Under the pieces are notes generated by a model, which did not search any database, was not told where the DNA came from, and saw only the letters and a list, made by a program, of their open reading frames with translations. From assembly GCA_047495785.1 (NCBI GenBank), contig JBLDXI010000009.1:4526001-4590000 (forward strand): DNA of 64,000 nucleotides, in the 5' to 3' direction. How positions within the stretch are numbered: position 1 is the stretch's first letter; each line of letters begins with the position of its first letter. Made by a program: the position numbers and the translations under genes. This document shows positions 12,352 to 24,603 of the stretch, piece after piece. Source of the stretch: Lepidodermella squamata. Taxonomy: Eukaryota; Animalia; Gastrotricha.

Positions 12352-15300
12352 GGCCGATCAGGGATAGGTGCCAAACGAGGCGACTGAAAAGTTGTGGGAC
12401 TCGTTTTCTTGTCTTCGTCTTCAAGTTGGGAAAGTAGATCGGAGAAGCATAATTCACCTGCCTCTGTAATAAACCTGTTGCCATTGCATTCTACTTCCAA
12501 CAAAAATGGCCCGATTTTAGTCAATTTCCATTATTGAAAAAACAATCACATGAAACGTTACATCCACACAGAGCCTCACATAACGCCATTCAATCACTCC
12601 GGCAAACAGAAAACGTTAGCCAAGACAAGTTCGGCGTACAAATCTCCAGGTCGACGCTGATTGGTGGAACATATTTTTATTAAAATTTTCACACATAAAA
12701 TAATTTTAATCTAATTTCGCTAACAAAATAATAATTTTAATAATATTTATTTCTTTGATACAAAATTGCAGTTTTTAGCTGCATGCTAAAAATCGCGCGC
12801 TGAAATTTTTCAGTGTTTTTTGGACGACATCGTGGGGCTTCAGGTCGATTGTCCCGGAGATCTAGGTGCAAAATTGGTCTTATTTTTCCAGAAATTAGTA
12901 GCTCGATACTCCAGGAAGATAATTGTACAATATTAGCAAAAGCCTCATCCATATGTTGGCGTGCAAAATCGTTCTTATCCTTCCGAATGTCGCCGACCCT
13001 AAGACGTCATCGCACTAGGCTTTCAGAAAATGCGTACCTTAGTGTCTTCTCTAACCGAGCGCCATTTCTTTACCTTTGTTGCCGATTCAGGCTTCTTCTC
13101 TTCTGCTCAGACTGATCAACTCTGACACTTAACACCGTCTGGAATGGCTCGAGCGTTCCACACATCGCGAATCGACTCACAAAAAGAGTTTGCATGATCA
13201 TGAATAAATATTTCAGGGTTAATCTTAGCTTCCAGTTCGACTCATCGATTTTATGAGGTGTTGGAAGTTGCACTGGACAATCCGTTTTTGAACTTTCATG
13301 CATGTTATGTGCAAGTTCGCGCGCCAGTGCTATTGCACCAGTCAATGATTCAACCATTTGTTTACGAAAATAAGGCCTTGAATTTCCAGCGAATTTCCAA
13401 TCTACCTATGGAAAGTATTCTCACACAGGTACTTCTGCTTGAAATGTGGTCGCAATGCGGATCGATAAACAATACATTGATCAGTATATTGCTGCAATAA
13501 AAATGACGTGAATAACGAATAAAATCATGGAATCGGCGGTGCTTTTTTGCAGTGGCATTTCCGCTACGCTGCTTGTTCTGCCTTTCATAATAATTCTTAA
13601 TCGGAAGTCCAAGTCGTATTGAGGTTACGTTTACGAGTTTTCGTCGTCTAAGAGATCACGTGAACTCTGTCTGCGAGCTGCGGCATTCAAGACCTCCAAG
13701 AAATAACTAGGCGACTAGTTTTAGCGATGGAAATAGGAAATCGATTAAATGCATCAGACGAATGAATAAAATACGAGCTGCCAGCTGCATTATAGCGTCA
13801 ACGCCGCCGCTAAATGCAGCGGTCACTTACTCCTTTCGCGCCACTGTTTGTTTACCGCTGTTAGACCAGTTGTTTATGATAAACTCGCACAATCAATCCG
13901 GCGCCTTATACAGCTGATCGTGATTATGAACTGGTTCTCGGGACACCGAAAAGTTGAAAAAAGTCAAGGAATTTGCTTTCATGTTCGCTTTTACTTTTTG
14001 CAGTATTTATTATAATTTTATAGAAAAGAACAAGAACACATCGTTATCGTTAGCAATAACATTATATCGTAGAAGATGCTGTTATAATAAAAGTCAGTCG
14101 CTTCATCTGGCCGTTTCTTTCTTTTGCTAATTTCTGATTCTCATTCTCTTATCATCATCATCATAGAATATATTTATGTATAACACACACAGGGACTGAC
14201 CACAAAGTTGTAAATTACATAATATAGCGCTGTTACTGTTATCGTTTTACAACACTCAGTACTTTTAATTAGTAAGGTAAATCTATAGAAAAAATTACAC
14301 AGCTTCCGTGTATTTTTACGCTTTGTTCAGAGAGCACATTATCCCCACACGAATAAACAATAAGAACAATAATCGTGCGCTCGAAATTCCTCTCATTGAA
14401 ACTGAACAAATACGACACAGTACAATCAAAATAGTTCAAAATTTACACGCAACAAAACGGCAAACGCGAGGCTGTGGGATGAGAGCGAGAAAACCAAGAA
14501 GAGAGAGGACGCAGCACACTTCAGAATTCATAAAAATTCATCAATTTATCATTACTTTTTGCGTATAAAAAAAAACTTCCAACAAGAGGTAAAACGCGCT
14601 TTCCTCCTCATCTGCTTCATGTCAATATTTTCAAATATAATATTATTTTCATATAATAACGTTCGAGAAACGGTAAAAGAGATAAAAGCCAATGCGTTGT
14701 CCGGTTTTTTCATGTTTAAAACAACTTGGCGCGGCGGTGATGGAAAAAAATGAAGTGAATGATTAAAGTCAATCCGATTTCATAGGTAATCTACCAATCA
14801 TCTCTGCAAAAATAAGCCAACAATATTAAAGAAAAAAGCGCGGAAAAAATCAAATCGTCGATGAAAATTATAGAACTGATTTTTACACCTAATACTTAGG
14901 AACGGAAAAAAACCGAGGGGCGAATTAGCTTCGTGGTAATTTTTACCATCTTACCAAAGTATTTACAACAGTCTCCAGAGTTACAAATCATAACAACTAT
15001 TTTCAATAGTCGAATTGTTAGAAAAATAACGAAATTTTTGTATTTAGCAGCTCGAATTTTGCGGTGTGTTTGTGAATTTCCGACACAGAAACACGTGAAT
15101 CAAATTTGCTGTTACAAAACAAACCAGCTCCATGAACCCTATACTTACATTGAGAGAGATAGAGAGCGAGCGATCGAGCGAGCGAGACAAAAACTGAGCA
15201 GTCTTTCAATCTTTAGGCCACATTTAGGTAATGAATCGCGAGAAGTTGCTATTCCTCATGAGATATCAGTGATGAACAATGATGACGTATCATTTCATGT

Positions 15301-15476
15301 GCCTCTAATCCACCTTTACTACTACGCAAAAAATACTCGAGCAGAGAGTATCGAAATGTTGTGTGTTAACTTAGCCTGGTTTTATTAAGGTGGATTTATT
15401 ATTATTACCGTGATTTTTATTATTATGACGTTAATTTGTGTGGTTTTATAACTAGTATTTCTTTTCCGCGCTCCTG

Positions 15477-18400
15477 CTACTGTTGGTACATGGTACGCGA
15501 ATTGACGCCCGCCTGTTGGCTAGGCGGGTGGTGGTGCATCGTCGTCGGCATTTGCTGCCCGGGCCCTGCTTGAAACTGTTGTTGCTGTTGCAAAAATTGT
15601 TGCTGCTGCTGTTGCTGCTGCAGATACATTTGTTGCTGTTGCTGTTGCTGCTGCTGAAATTGTTGGTGGTGCAGCCAGTTTTGCTGGGCCTGATGGTACT
15701 GCTGCTGTTGCTGCTGCTGTGGCGGGACTTGCGACCCAGTGCTGGGCGCTGCCGCGACGAAACCGCCCTGTTGCGCTTGCATAGTCTGGGCAAAGTGGCC
15801 GCCGGGTCGCTGTTGCTGCATAGCCATGTGATGCTGAGCCATTTCGATCTTGAAAAATAAAATTGAAAATTAATATCACCGTAAATTAGGAGATTCTCAA
15901 GCTTGAAATTTCAAGATCCAATTCTTTCATTCGTGCTTCCAGGATCCCATTCAACTTAGCTATTAAACGTTATGGCTTTATTGGATCATTTTATCAACAG
16001 ATTTCCGGGAAAAATAATTCACATAAATTTCAATTTTGCTGAACCAATTATTAACATTGGTCTTAATCCTTATCATTTCCGTTCATCAAATAATGGAAAT
16101 ATATGCCATGATGGACGTAGAATTTTGAACTGATCGATTTCTTGCATGCATAAGGTAGCATAGGATCGAGTTTTATGTTGCAGCATCTCTCAGCAATGGA
16201 CATGTCTGGGATGCTACATTGCTCCGCGATGAGTCATTCACATGACGCACTATTAATACTATAATCGCTGTTACTTATGCTTTGGACTTTAGAAGCATTC
16301 TTTGCTGACAAATTACTCTAAAACGCTAGTTACAAAGCAGAGTGGTATTTGTATCGAGGAGCAAATACTTTTCCCTAATTTTAAAAATTTAGAGACTGAT
16401 CTAGGACAATTAATTATTAATTATCGATCTTTTTGGCAGAATAATCCAAGTTTTTGGATACAATTCGAGAGATAAATTGACACATGACTAGATTTTGAGT
16501 TTTTCAATAAATCTGATTAAAGTTACCCACCAATTTTTGAGAAGGAATATGAACATTTATATAAAAATTAAAAAAGTGGACTTGACATGTGTACCTGAGA
16601 CTGTTGAGGGGGCTGCGAGAAGGTGCGGTGAAGGCCCGCCCCAGGACCGCCAACGTACTGCTGCTGCTGCGGCTGGCCCGGTTGTTGCACCTGGCCCGGC
16701 TGCTGCTGCATGAACGCGTGCTGCGCCATCACCTGCGCCCCGTTCGGGTTCAGCGACTGGCTCTTCATCAACGCCGCGTGATGCACCGGGGTCTGCTGTT
16801 GCTGTTGTTGTTGTTGTTGCTGCTGCTGTTGCTGAGCCGCAGCTCCGGGGTAGAACGAAGGCGACGCCTGCGGGCCGGGCGACACGAAGCCGTTCTGCTG
16901 CGGCTGACCAGACCACGCCGGCGAGTTGAGGCCGCCCTGTTGCCGCGGCGACTGGGGCGGGAAGTCCGCGGCCGAGTTCTGCGCCTGCTGACTCACCGGC
17001 CCGTTCGGCGACCACGGCGGCGGCATCATGTACTGCTGCTGCTGGTACGAGGCCGAGTTCGGTGCCGACGACGCCGCCGCCGCCGGGTTGTTCTGCCCGC
17101 CCGGGCTCAACACCGGCCACGGCCGGTTCGACGGCGGGTTCGAAGCCGGGCTCTGAAACTGGCTGCTCGCCGCTTGATTCTGAGGCACAAAATTCGACGA
17201 CGATTCCGCCGGCGTTTCGCCCAGCAACATCGCCACGTCCGGGTTCGAGGCGGCCGAACTCTCCGCCGGCGGTTGAGACGCCGCCGGCGCCGCTGTCCCG
17301 TTATTACCCGACTCCGCAGTTGGGCCAAACGGGTCGAGCTCGGTATTGCGGTCATGCTGCGAGTCCTGGAGGATGCGGTGGAAGTCGCGCGAGTCCGCCG
17401 GGAGGGTCGATAGGAAGTCGTCGATCATGTTGTCGTCGAACAGTTGCATATCCTGGCCGACATCGCCGAGGTGGTTCTCATGGCTAGCGTTTAAAATGTC
17501 GTTGAAATCAACGCCAGACTCGTTGTTGTTCGTCGCTGAGCTGTCGAAGTTCGGCTGCGACGACTGCGGCTGCTGTTGTTGATTTTGGTGCCCGGGCGAG
17601 TTGAACGTCGACGAGGAAACGAGGCCGGACGTGGTTGAGGAAGATTCACCCGGCGGTTTCGCCGCTTCGGCAGCTGCCGCCCCTGTTGCCGGTTTCTTCT
17701 TCGTCCGATTGCGCTTTTTCTTCGATTTCGACGCGTCGGGCGCCGCGTTTTGCAGCGCGTCCGAGCCGGCACCCAGCGCCTGGGCGCCGCTGCTGGGCGC
17801 CATGGCCGGGGCGCCGTTCCACGACTGGACGGAGGCGCCGCCGCCGGCGTGTTCGGCGCACAGGGGCGCCTGGGGCCGGCGGACGTCGAAGGCGGGCCGC
17901 GGGCACCGCTGCAGGCCGTTCGCCGTCTGCCGCGCCGTGCAGTGCTCGAACAGCTTCTGGTCCACCGAGTACGTGATGTGCAGCGGGCAGTGGTTGGCGA
18001 ACGGCAGCGCCGGGTTCGCGCACCGCTGACAATTCGCACCTTGTGCAGCATCTTCAATGAAAACAAAATGGACAATTAACATTCGGCTCAAGTTGAGAAA
18101 AATTTAGATGAAAATCTTTCACTCGGTCTGGATGATAAAACGACATGGGATTCGATCTAATTCGAAGCAATTCCTCTAGATATCCGAAATTTTGTTTTGA
18201 GCTTCCGAGAATGTTGGAAATCAAGCGAATCGTTGAATAAATTAGAGTGAAATGCCGAGAAATCACAATTTTCTGGAGAAAATCTACCGATTTAGTTTGC
18301 TGGCACCGCTGGGTCCAGTTTCGAAATTTAAATGATCAACATGTCATAGAGCTGAAAACTCAAGAGCCCAGGACCCAGTACTTGATAGCGGAAAATCTCG

Positions 18401-21400
18401 CCATTCCGCCAGTTTATTATTGCTAGCAACTTTTTTATTCCCATTTCATTGAGATTTTCAACTCGAAAAATGATTAAACTTTTGAAAATGTGGAAAACCA
18501 CATGAATCCTTGAATAATATCCAAGTTAAGCATGAAGAGAAATAACAAAAAAATGTGACAGTTAACCGTCTCTTTTCGGAAGCGTAACAGTCACGCGGTT
18601 TCCCGTAACAAAATCTACTGAAAAAAGTTAATTTATTCCGATTTTTATTGCTTGCGCCGCTGAAATTTCAATCAACTGCAAGCGTAATTTGAGTCAAAAT
18701 TAAAAATTCAAATTATCACATTTTTTTAATAGCGAATATCTCGCCATTTCGTCAGTTTCTCATTGCTAGCAGATAGCAGAGGTTTGCTATTGAGATTTTG
18801 GATTATTTCGGCATTCGGATGACCAGAAATATTTTGTGTTACAAAACATATAAAAAAGCATCAATTTTATACTTGAATCCTGACTTGAAATTTAAATTAA
18901 ACATGAATTTTTCGATCCAATCATTATAAGCCTATGGAAACGACCATGTGCTGTACAAGCTAGTTTGTAGGCTACAGACACGGTTTCTCAAACAATTAGG
19001 CCGAAATTCAAGTCTGCTTCGCTTCTTTCATGACTAAATTTCGATCAATCTTATAAAAAATGACTAAAATGACTAGGGAAATGAAAAAACATACCATTTT
19101 GAGTCGATGAGTTGGCCGCGCCTGTTGCATCTGTCGTCGCAGCACCACCAGTAGCAACATCACAGGCACAGCGTTTGCGATTCTGCGGGCTGAACACGTC
19201 GGCGCCGCCCGCGCGCCGCAACAGCCGCTTCACCAGCGACCTGTCCGGCGCCGATATCCGCGTGCGGTGCAGCAACCGGTACAGCAGACGCCGGTCTTCG
19301 GCGAACAACTGCGCGAGCTGCTGCGCCTCGAGCGCGTTGTGCCCGCGCGGCATTGTGTTGGTTTTGAAGGCGGACCGCCGCAACACCACGGCTTGCTTCA
19401 GACTCGCTCGCAACCGCTCAATCGCTATCCGCCGATTTTCTGAAAAATCAAACAAAAATTCATGAGAAGAGATCTCAAACATTTCGATTTTCCCTTGGAA
19501 ATTTCACATTTTCGCAAATGACATTAAGACCATTCAGCCAATCACGAAAAATTCTCAACTTCCTAACCAGCAAACCAATTTTCGACAATTCTACGCTGCA
19601 TTGATTCGAAAACAAAGGCGAATAACGCAAAAATTCCTCACAATAGCGTAAAACGTGATAATTAACGTTTTTGTAAAATTTTGCCCAGGGCTGTTACATG
19701 TTAATTCCACGACTAACGCGATATGCAAAATAGGTCACACGAAACAAAAGAAAGTAATATCAGCTTGTTTTCCTGAAAAATCCTGATAGGTATTTTAAAC
19801 CTAGAACTGAATAAGACATCCTGATTTCACAATTTCCGGAAGGCTCATCACCCAGAAACGGCCAAGCTTAATCGAGATATAATCCTACTGTATGGATTTT
19901 GAGCAAAGTTTTGCAGTACTATTACTGTTACTCTTTGAACAACTTTTCTAACCCTTTTTCAAATGGTTAATAGCTCATAGCTCATTGTCAATATCAAGCA
20001 AATTTTAAAGAATACCGCTAGATTGAAGAAAGAAAACGTACCATTCGCTCTGAGTATATGCTCGCCTTCCATTTTAGACGGTGAGATAGTCGCAGGGATC
20101 GGAAGCTCGTCATCAGTAACAAACCACTCTGACCGCATAGGCATCTCCGCGATTTCAGTATCAACATCCTCGACAACGGGGCTCTTCTTGTCGATCGCCA
20201 TAAGGCCAGCCTCGTCCTCCAGTACCCCGTCGCCGTGACCGAGAATGTCAGAATGAAACATCCGCCGACTCGCCCAGTAGGCGTAGGCCATGAAGGCAGC
20301 TTCGCTAGGGAAGTAAGATCTCGCAGCGCACTGCTGAATTATGCCTTTATTCCGAGTGGCCGGTCGCTCTTTACCGACACAGGCCGGTAGCCGAGAACTG
20401 ACCTGGCCGAGGGAAACGCGGGCTAGAACCGGCAGCCGGTTGTCTAGCAGCTCATCCGTCGACAAAATCGGCAGCTCAGGCTGTAGATCGACTGGTTTCA
20501 ACACGATGGGGCTCGGGATAGACGGGCCGTTCTGGAGATTTGTCGACGAAATCTTCCGTCTCGGCTGGTCTTTGATCACGACCGGTTCCATTTTCCGTTG
20601 TTGAGGCGGGGCGATGAATTGAGGTTGATTCTGAGCAAAAAAGGCCTGTTGTTGCTGCGGTTGTTGATCTTGCATGGCGAATTGCTGCCTGACAGACTGC
20701 GCTGTTTGTTGCCTTTGTTCGTATGTAGCAATAGGTAACTGAGGAGTGAACGGCTGCCTTTGCTGAGCCTGAACTGGTGGCCGGATTTGTTGTTGCTGTT
20801 GTTGCCAAGAAGTCGGACCGTTTTGTTGCTGGTCGCTAGGCTGAGATTGAGGTTGAGGTATCGATGCCGGGATCGGTGGCGGAGGCGGTAGTGCGATGTA
20901 GTGACCACCGGTCGAACTCCGCGGCTGAAAATGCTGGGGCTGCTGAGTAGAATTCGGAATATGCTGCTGTGATTGGTAGCTCATTTGACCATTATATTGC
21001 ACGGGAGGGCCATTCGGCCGCATGCCACCACTAAACTGAGACGGACCGTTAGTAGCTAAAGGAAGACGAGCACCTGCATTCTGCATATTCATCTGCGGTT
21101 GTCTTTGATAAGAAGGTTCCACAGAAGAATTGTTATTATTCAAATCCTCCGAGCTACCATGCCGCACATTGGCTAATTTCCTATTTTTGGCAAGTCTGTG
21201 CTGAGCGGGCAGCACTGGAATATTGTTGTCATTCTCCGGGTCGACGAATGTGTAAGGATCGCCATTCGTCGCCGGATTACTTGTAGGGGCCGCTGCGGTT
21301 GCAGGCCCTACATCGTTCGAGTTAACCATTTTGGACAGCGGAGAGGAAGCAAGACCCACTCCTCCGCTGTAATCAGAAGATGAAGAACCACCGCAAGTTG

Positions 21401-21431
21401 GCTGCTGCTTCACCGGAGAACACGGAAGCAT
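15477..21431 (-). CDS. INO80D: INO80 complex subunit D-like protein (zf-C3Hc3H domain, Q-rich low-complexity regions)
   Basis: CANPALPFANHCPLHITYSVDQKLFEHCTA...QRCPRPAFD..PLCAEH matches the INO80D/KANSL2 zinc finger and is closest to INO80D. Exons about 21431-20042, 19439-19095, 18051-16595, 15848-15477 with consistent phases. Confidence 0.8.
15577..15720 (-). repeat. CAG/CAA poly-glutamine tracts in the last INO80D-like exon
   Basis: Runs of tgc/tgt triplets on the + strand; a further polyQ tract lies at 16793-16832. Confidence 0.85.
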
Positions 21432-23972
21432 GCCAACGAAGTATTGGTGGCGATACCCGGAGGAATCTGCCACATTTCCAATCAATTAAACTAATAACAG
21501 CATCCTATTAAGAGAACGTTTCAGTATAAGCATCATGAGCTCAAAGGAGACAAAAACTGCTGTTCAGGATCAAAAACGAATAAATTCCGGAAAAAACTGA
21601 TGAAAAATCATGCATGCTAGCTGCCTCAGCTATTATGCTCTTCCGTGTTCCATGATTATGGTTCATTGGGATACGCAGATAAAAAAGCATAACTCATGTC
21701 TCTTGCTCAATGGCAAAGCAAAGCTTTTCTGCGATGATTAATTAGGAGCAATAGTGCGAAGGGAAACTCAGAGGAGACAGCGCGACAGATGACGCATAGT
21801 AAAACATAGGTAGCAGAAGTCTTCATAACTACATTCGCTATCTCAAGTTCCTCAGATGGACTGTGCCTAATGTAGAGCATATGAAAGCATTCCGCAACGC
21901 AGGGCCTGGGGTGGAAGGCATTCGTAATATAATAAATAGTTCAAGAAAGTAGATGCTCTACAATTAGGAACGTAGGAAGTTAAGGTCATTATGCATTGTA
22001 GAGGAGGGAAGCAGCATTGGGATCTAGAGCAAGTGACATTGAGATCGCGTAGCTAATGCGGGAGCAAAATATGGACAACTAATGGCGCTGAATGTATTTC
22101 CAGGTAATTGTAACATCCTAGAATGGTCCTAGAAAAAGAAAAACGTAAAAAAATGAAAAAAACACAAAAGCGCAAGCTGTGATCAGCAGAGTGAGCCTAA
22201 TCAGCGCACGGCCCGAGAGCACCGTCGGACTTTCATCTTTCAGCCGCGCGGCCTTTCAACAGTAAGGGATGGCTCCAGAATCATTGAAATGAATCAGAGC
22301 CATATAAGTTGCATCAAATGTCTAGAGTCCCGGAAAAACATTGAATTTCATCAGTTTTTTCACAGCTGAACCCATGTCCCAAAGCTTCGCTACGCGAAAA
22401 ACGGCAAGCGCAAAGCCGAAAAAAACGCGACGCTGAAAACTGAATTCAGCGATGTTTTTCACAGTTAAAAATTAATAAACACGTAATATTAATTAATTAA
22501 AATAAAACATATTTTTACATAAATATAAATTGCCGCAGGAGAAAAATTCATTTTAAAAAGTTCAAAAAATGCGTGTTTTTTCCAGATGCACCGAGCCGCT
22601 TATCAGCCGGTTCGCTTGTCGCTGCCAAAAAAAACACGTGAGGCGTCATTCGCGCTTGTCGAAAATGGGTACGAATACGGTGATCACATTCATTCACGTT
22701 TCAAGTTCGCTCGTGTGGTGCACTCTTCGCCGAACTTGAACTCCGTGCTCCGTGGCAAGTTTCACGGCTACAGTTGTCCCATCTCAAGAGATGTCCAAGT
22801 AATAAGGTCAAACAACGGTATTGTTCCCGCTTCGATAATTTTTTACTGCTCTGGATTCCGGACACTCACTCTCTCTAGGCCGAAGCCCCGCCGTCATTCA
22901 GGCAGCGCAGACTGCTAGCAGTAAGTTATGAATCAAGACTGCAGTATGATTTCGGTGACCGCTGCTTCGTTAACACTTGAAAATTCAAAAAGTCATCAAA
23001 TTTTCAGTTTTAAATGACCATTTTATTGTTTCAAACCTGGAGAAATTATTTTGGGTGAGAATAAAGACATCAAAAGAAGGGCGATGATAGAGATAGAGAG
23101 AGAAGAGTAGTCAAAGGATCAAGACGATCGCGCGCGCAAATGGGAGGATGAAGAAATCGAAGTATCAAGTAACGAACTCAAATGAATGATGATGCTGCGG
23201 AAATAAAAGGACAAGACGCTCATGATCATTATCGTACACATGTATAGCAACATTCATTTCAATCTTGATATCGCGTAAGAAGAATAAGGACTTTTATCAT
23301 CTCTGCAAGATCAACGTCCGCAAATATATATAATATATTTATTTCTTATAATTAGTCAACAATTAATTAATTACATATTTTATCAGCTACACATAACACA
23401 TTGCTTCGTTCAAATTTTTGCTGAGTAGTCGGCAAATATTAACAAGTAATGGTCATTAGTCGTGTTAGGTGTAACAACTAGGGAACAAAGAAGGAGGAAC
23501 AAAATTTGAACAAAACTACGCCGAGTCGACTGACTTGTGAACTCGCGATTGAAAAAACCACAACGCTGACGAGATAAATTCAGGAAGAAAACAAAGCGGT
23601 CTTTAGCTATCGTTTTCCATCAATCAAACGCATTCCTGGCAAGATAAGAACAGGTTCCTTCATCAATGAAGTCGTCTACAAGAAAAAACAAGCTATTTTT
23701 GTTGCATCTAATTGACAATTTTACAGAGCATCACCAAAAATTATTATTTATAATATTAACAAGCTAGAGAGTCGAACAAACAGTAGTAGTAGTAGCAGTA
23801 AAAAGCAAACAAAAAAATGGCCCACTTTTTGCAGTTTCATCAAATCGCCTTACATAGCATGTACAAAAAACGACGCGAAAAAAATTGCCGGTATTTTGAA
23901 TTTTTCTCAGAAAGAAAATGCTGTACAAGTTCGAGTTGTTTGTTTCATTATCTACACGAAGCGCGCGTCAAC

Positions 23973-24002
23973 AAGAGAGAGAGAGAGAGAGCGAGAGAGA
24001 GA
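23973..24002. repeat. (AG)n microsatellite in the 3' region of the GKAP-domain gene
   Basis: agagagagagagagagagcgagagaga read directly. Confidence 0.8.
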
Positions 24003-24603
24003 ATAAGAAGATGATATAAAGAGAAATATGGGCCGGGCCAGCTGCTTTTGGGTCGCGGATTCAAGCGGTAACAGATATCCGAAAAAGTCAAACAAGAGTT
24101 AACCAGCGTTACAAAAGCGGCGGCCGAGCAAGACACGGACAATGTTGTGTTGTTGGTAGTGTTTTGCCGTTCGAGAAATACATTATTTTCATTTATTTAT
24201 GATGATGATTATAAGTATGAATTAGCACAATATATTGCCTCGATATATTCAAACTACTCGCAATATTTACTCCAGGTTTATCATTATTTATTCATTTATT
24301 TTTGATGACAGGCACATTGAATGTGTAATTGATGGATGGTATGAAGATGATGTTTTGCGCAGGTTTTTACACTGACTATAGAATCGTCCTTAGAAATTCA
24401 TCAATTTTTCACGACACGAAAAGCCAACATTGAGAAAATTTCGTACCAAAAAAACGAACGAACAGAAAACTGATGAACAACAAATCGCGTCGACGGCAGG
24501 CTGATGTAGCGATTTTTTTCATTATATAATCAATCAAAAATTTAGATACTTGTTTAGTAGCGAGATAGAGAGATTAGAGGACTCATTTAGTGTCATTTCG
24601 CTT

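Noticed and set aside
16557-18079. Many long overlapping ORFs on both strands here, and at 10331-10970, 28647-30351 and 50313-52471
   Set aside because: These are shadow frames of GC-rich, stop-poor real exons; none has a recognisable domain.
18376-18800. Two ~55-bp imperfect direct repeats (ATCTCGCCATT..CAGTTT..ATTGCTAGCA) in an INO80D-like intron
   Set aside because: Looks like an ordinary local duplication or repeat relic; no TSD, ORF or structure.
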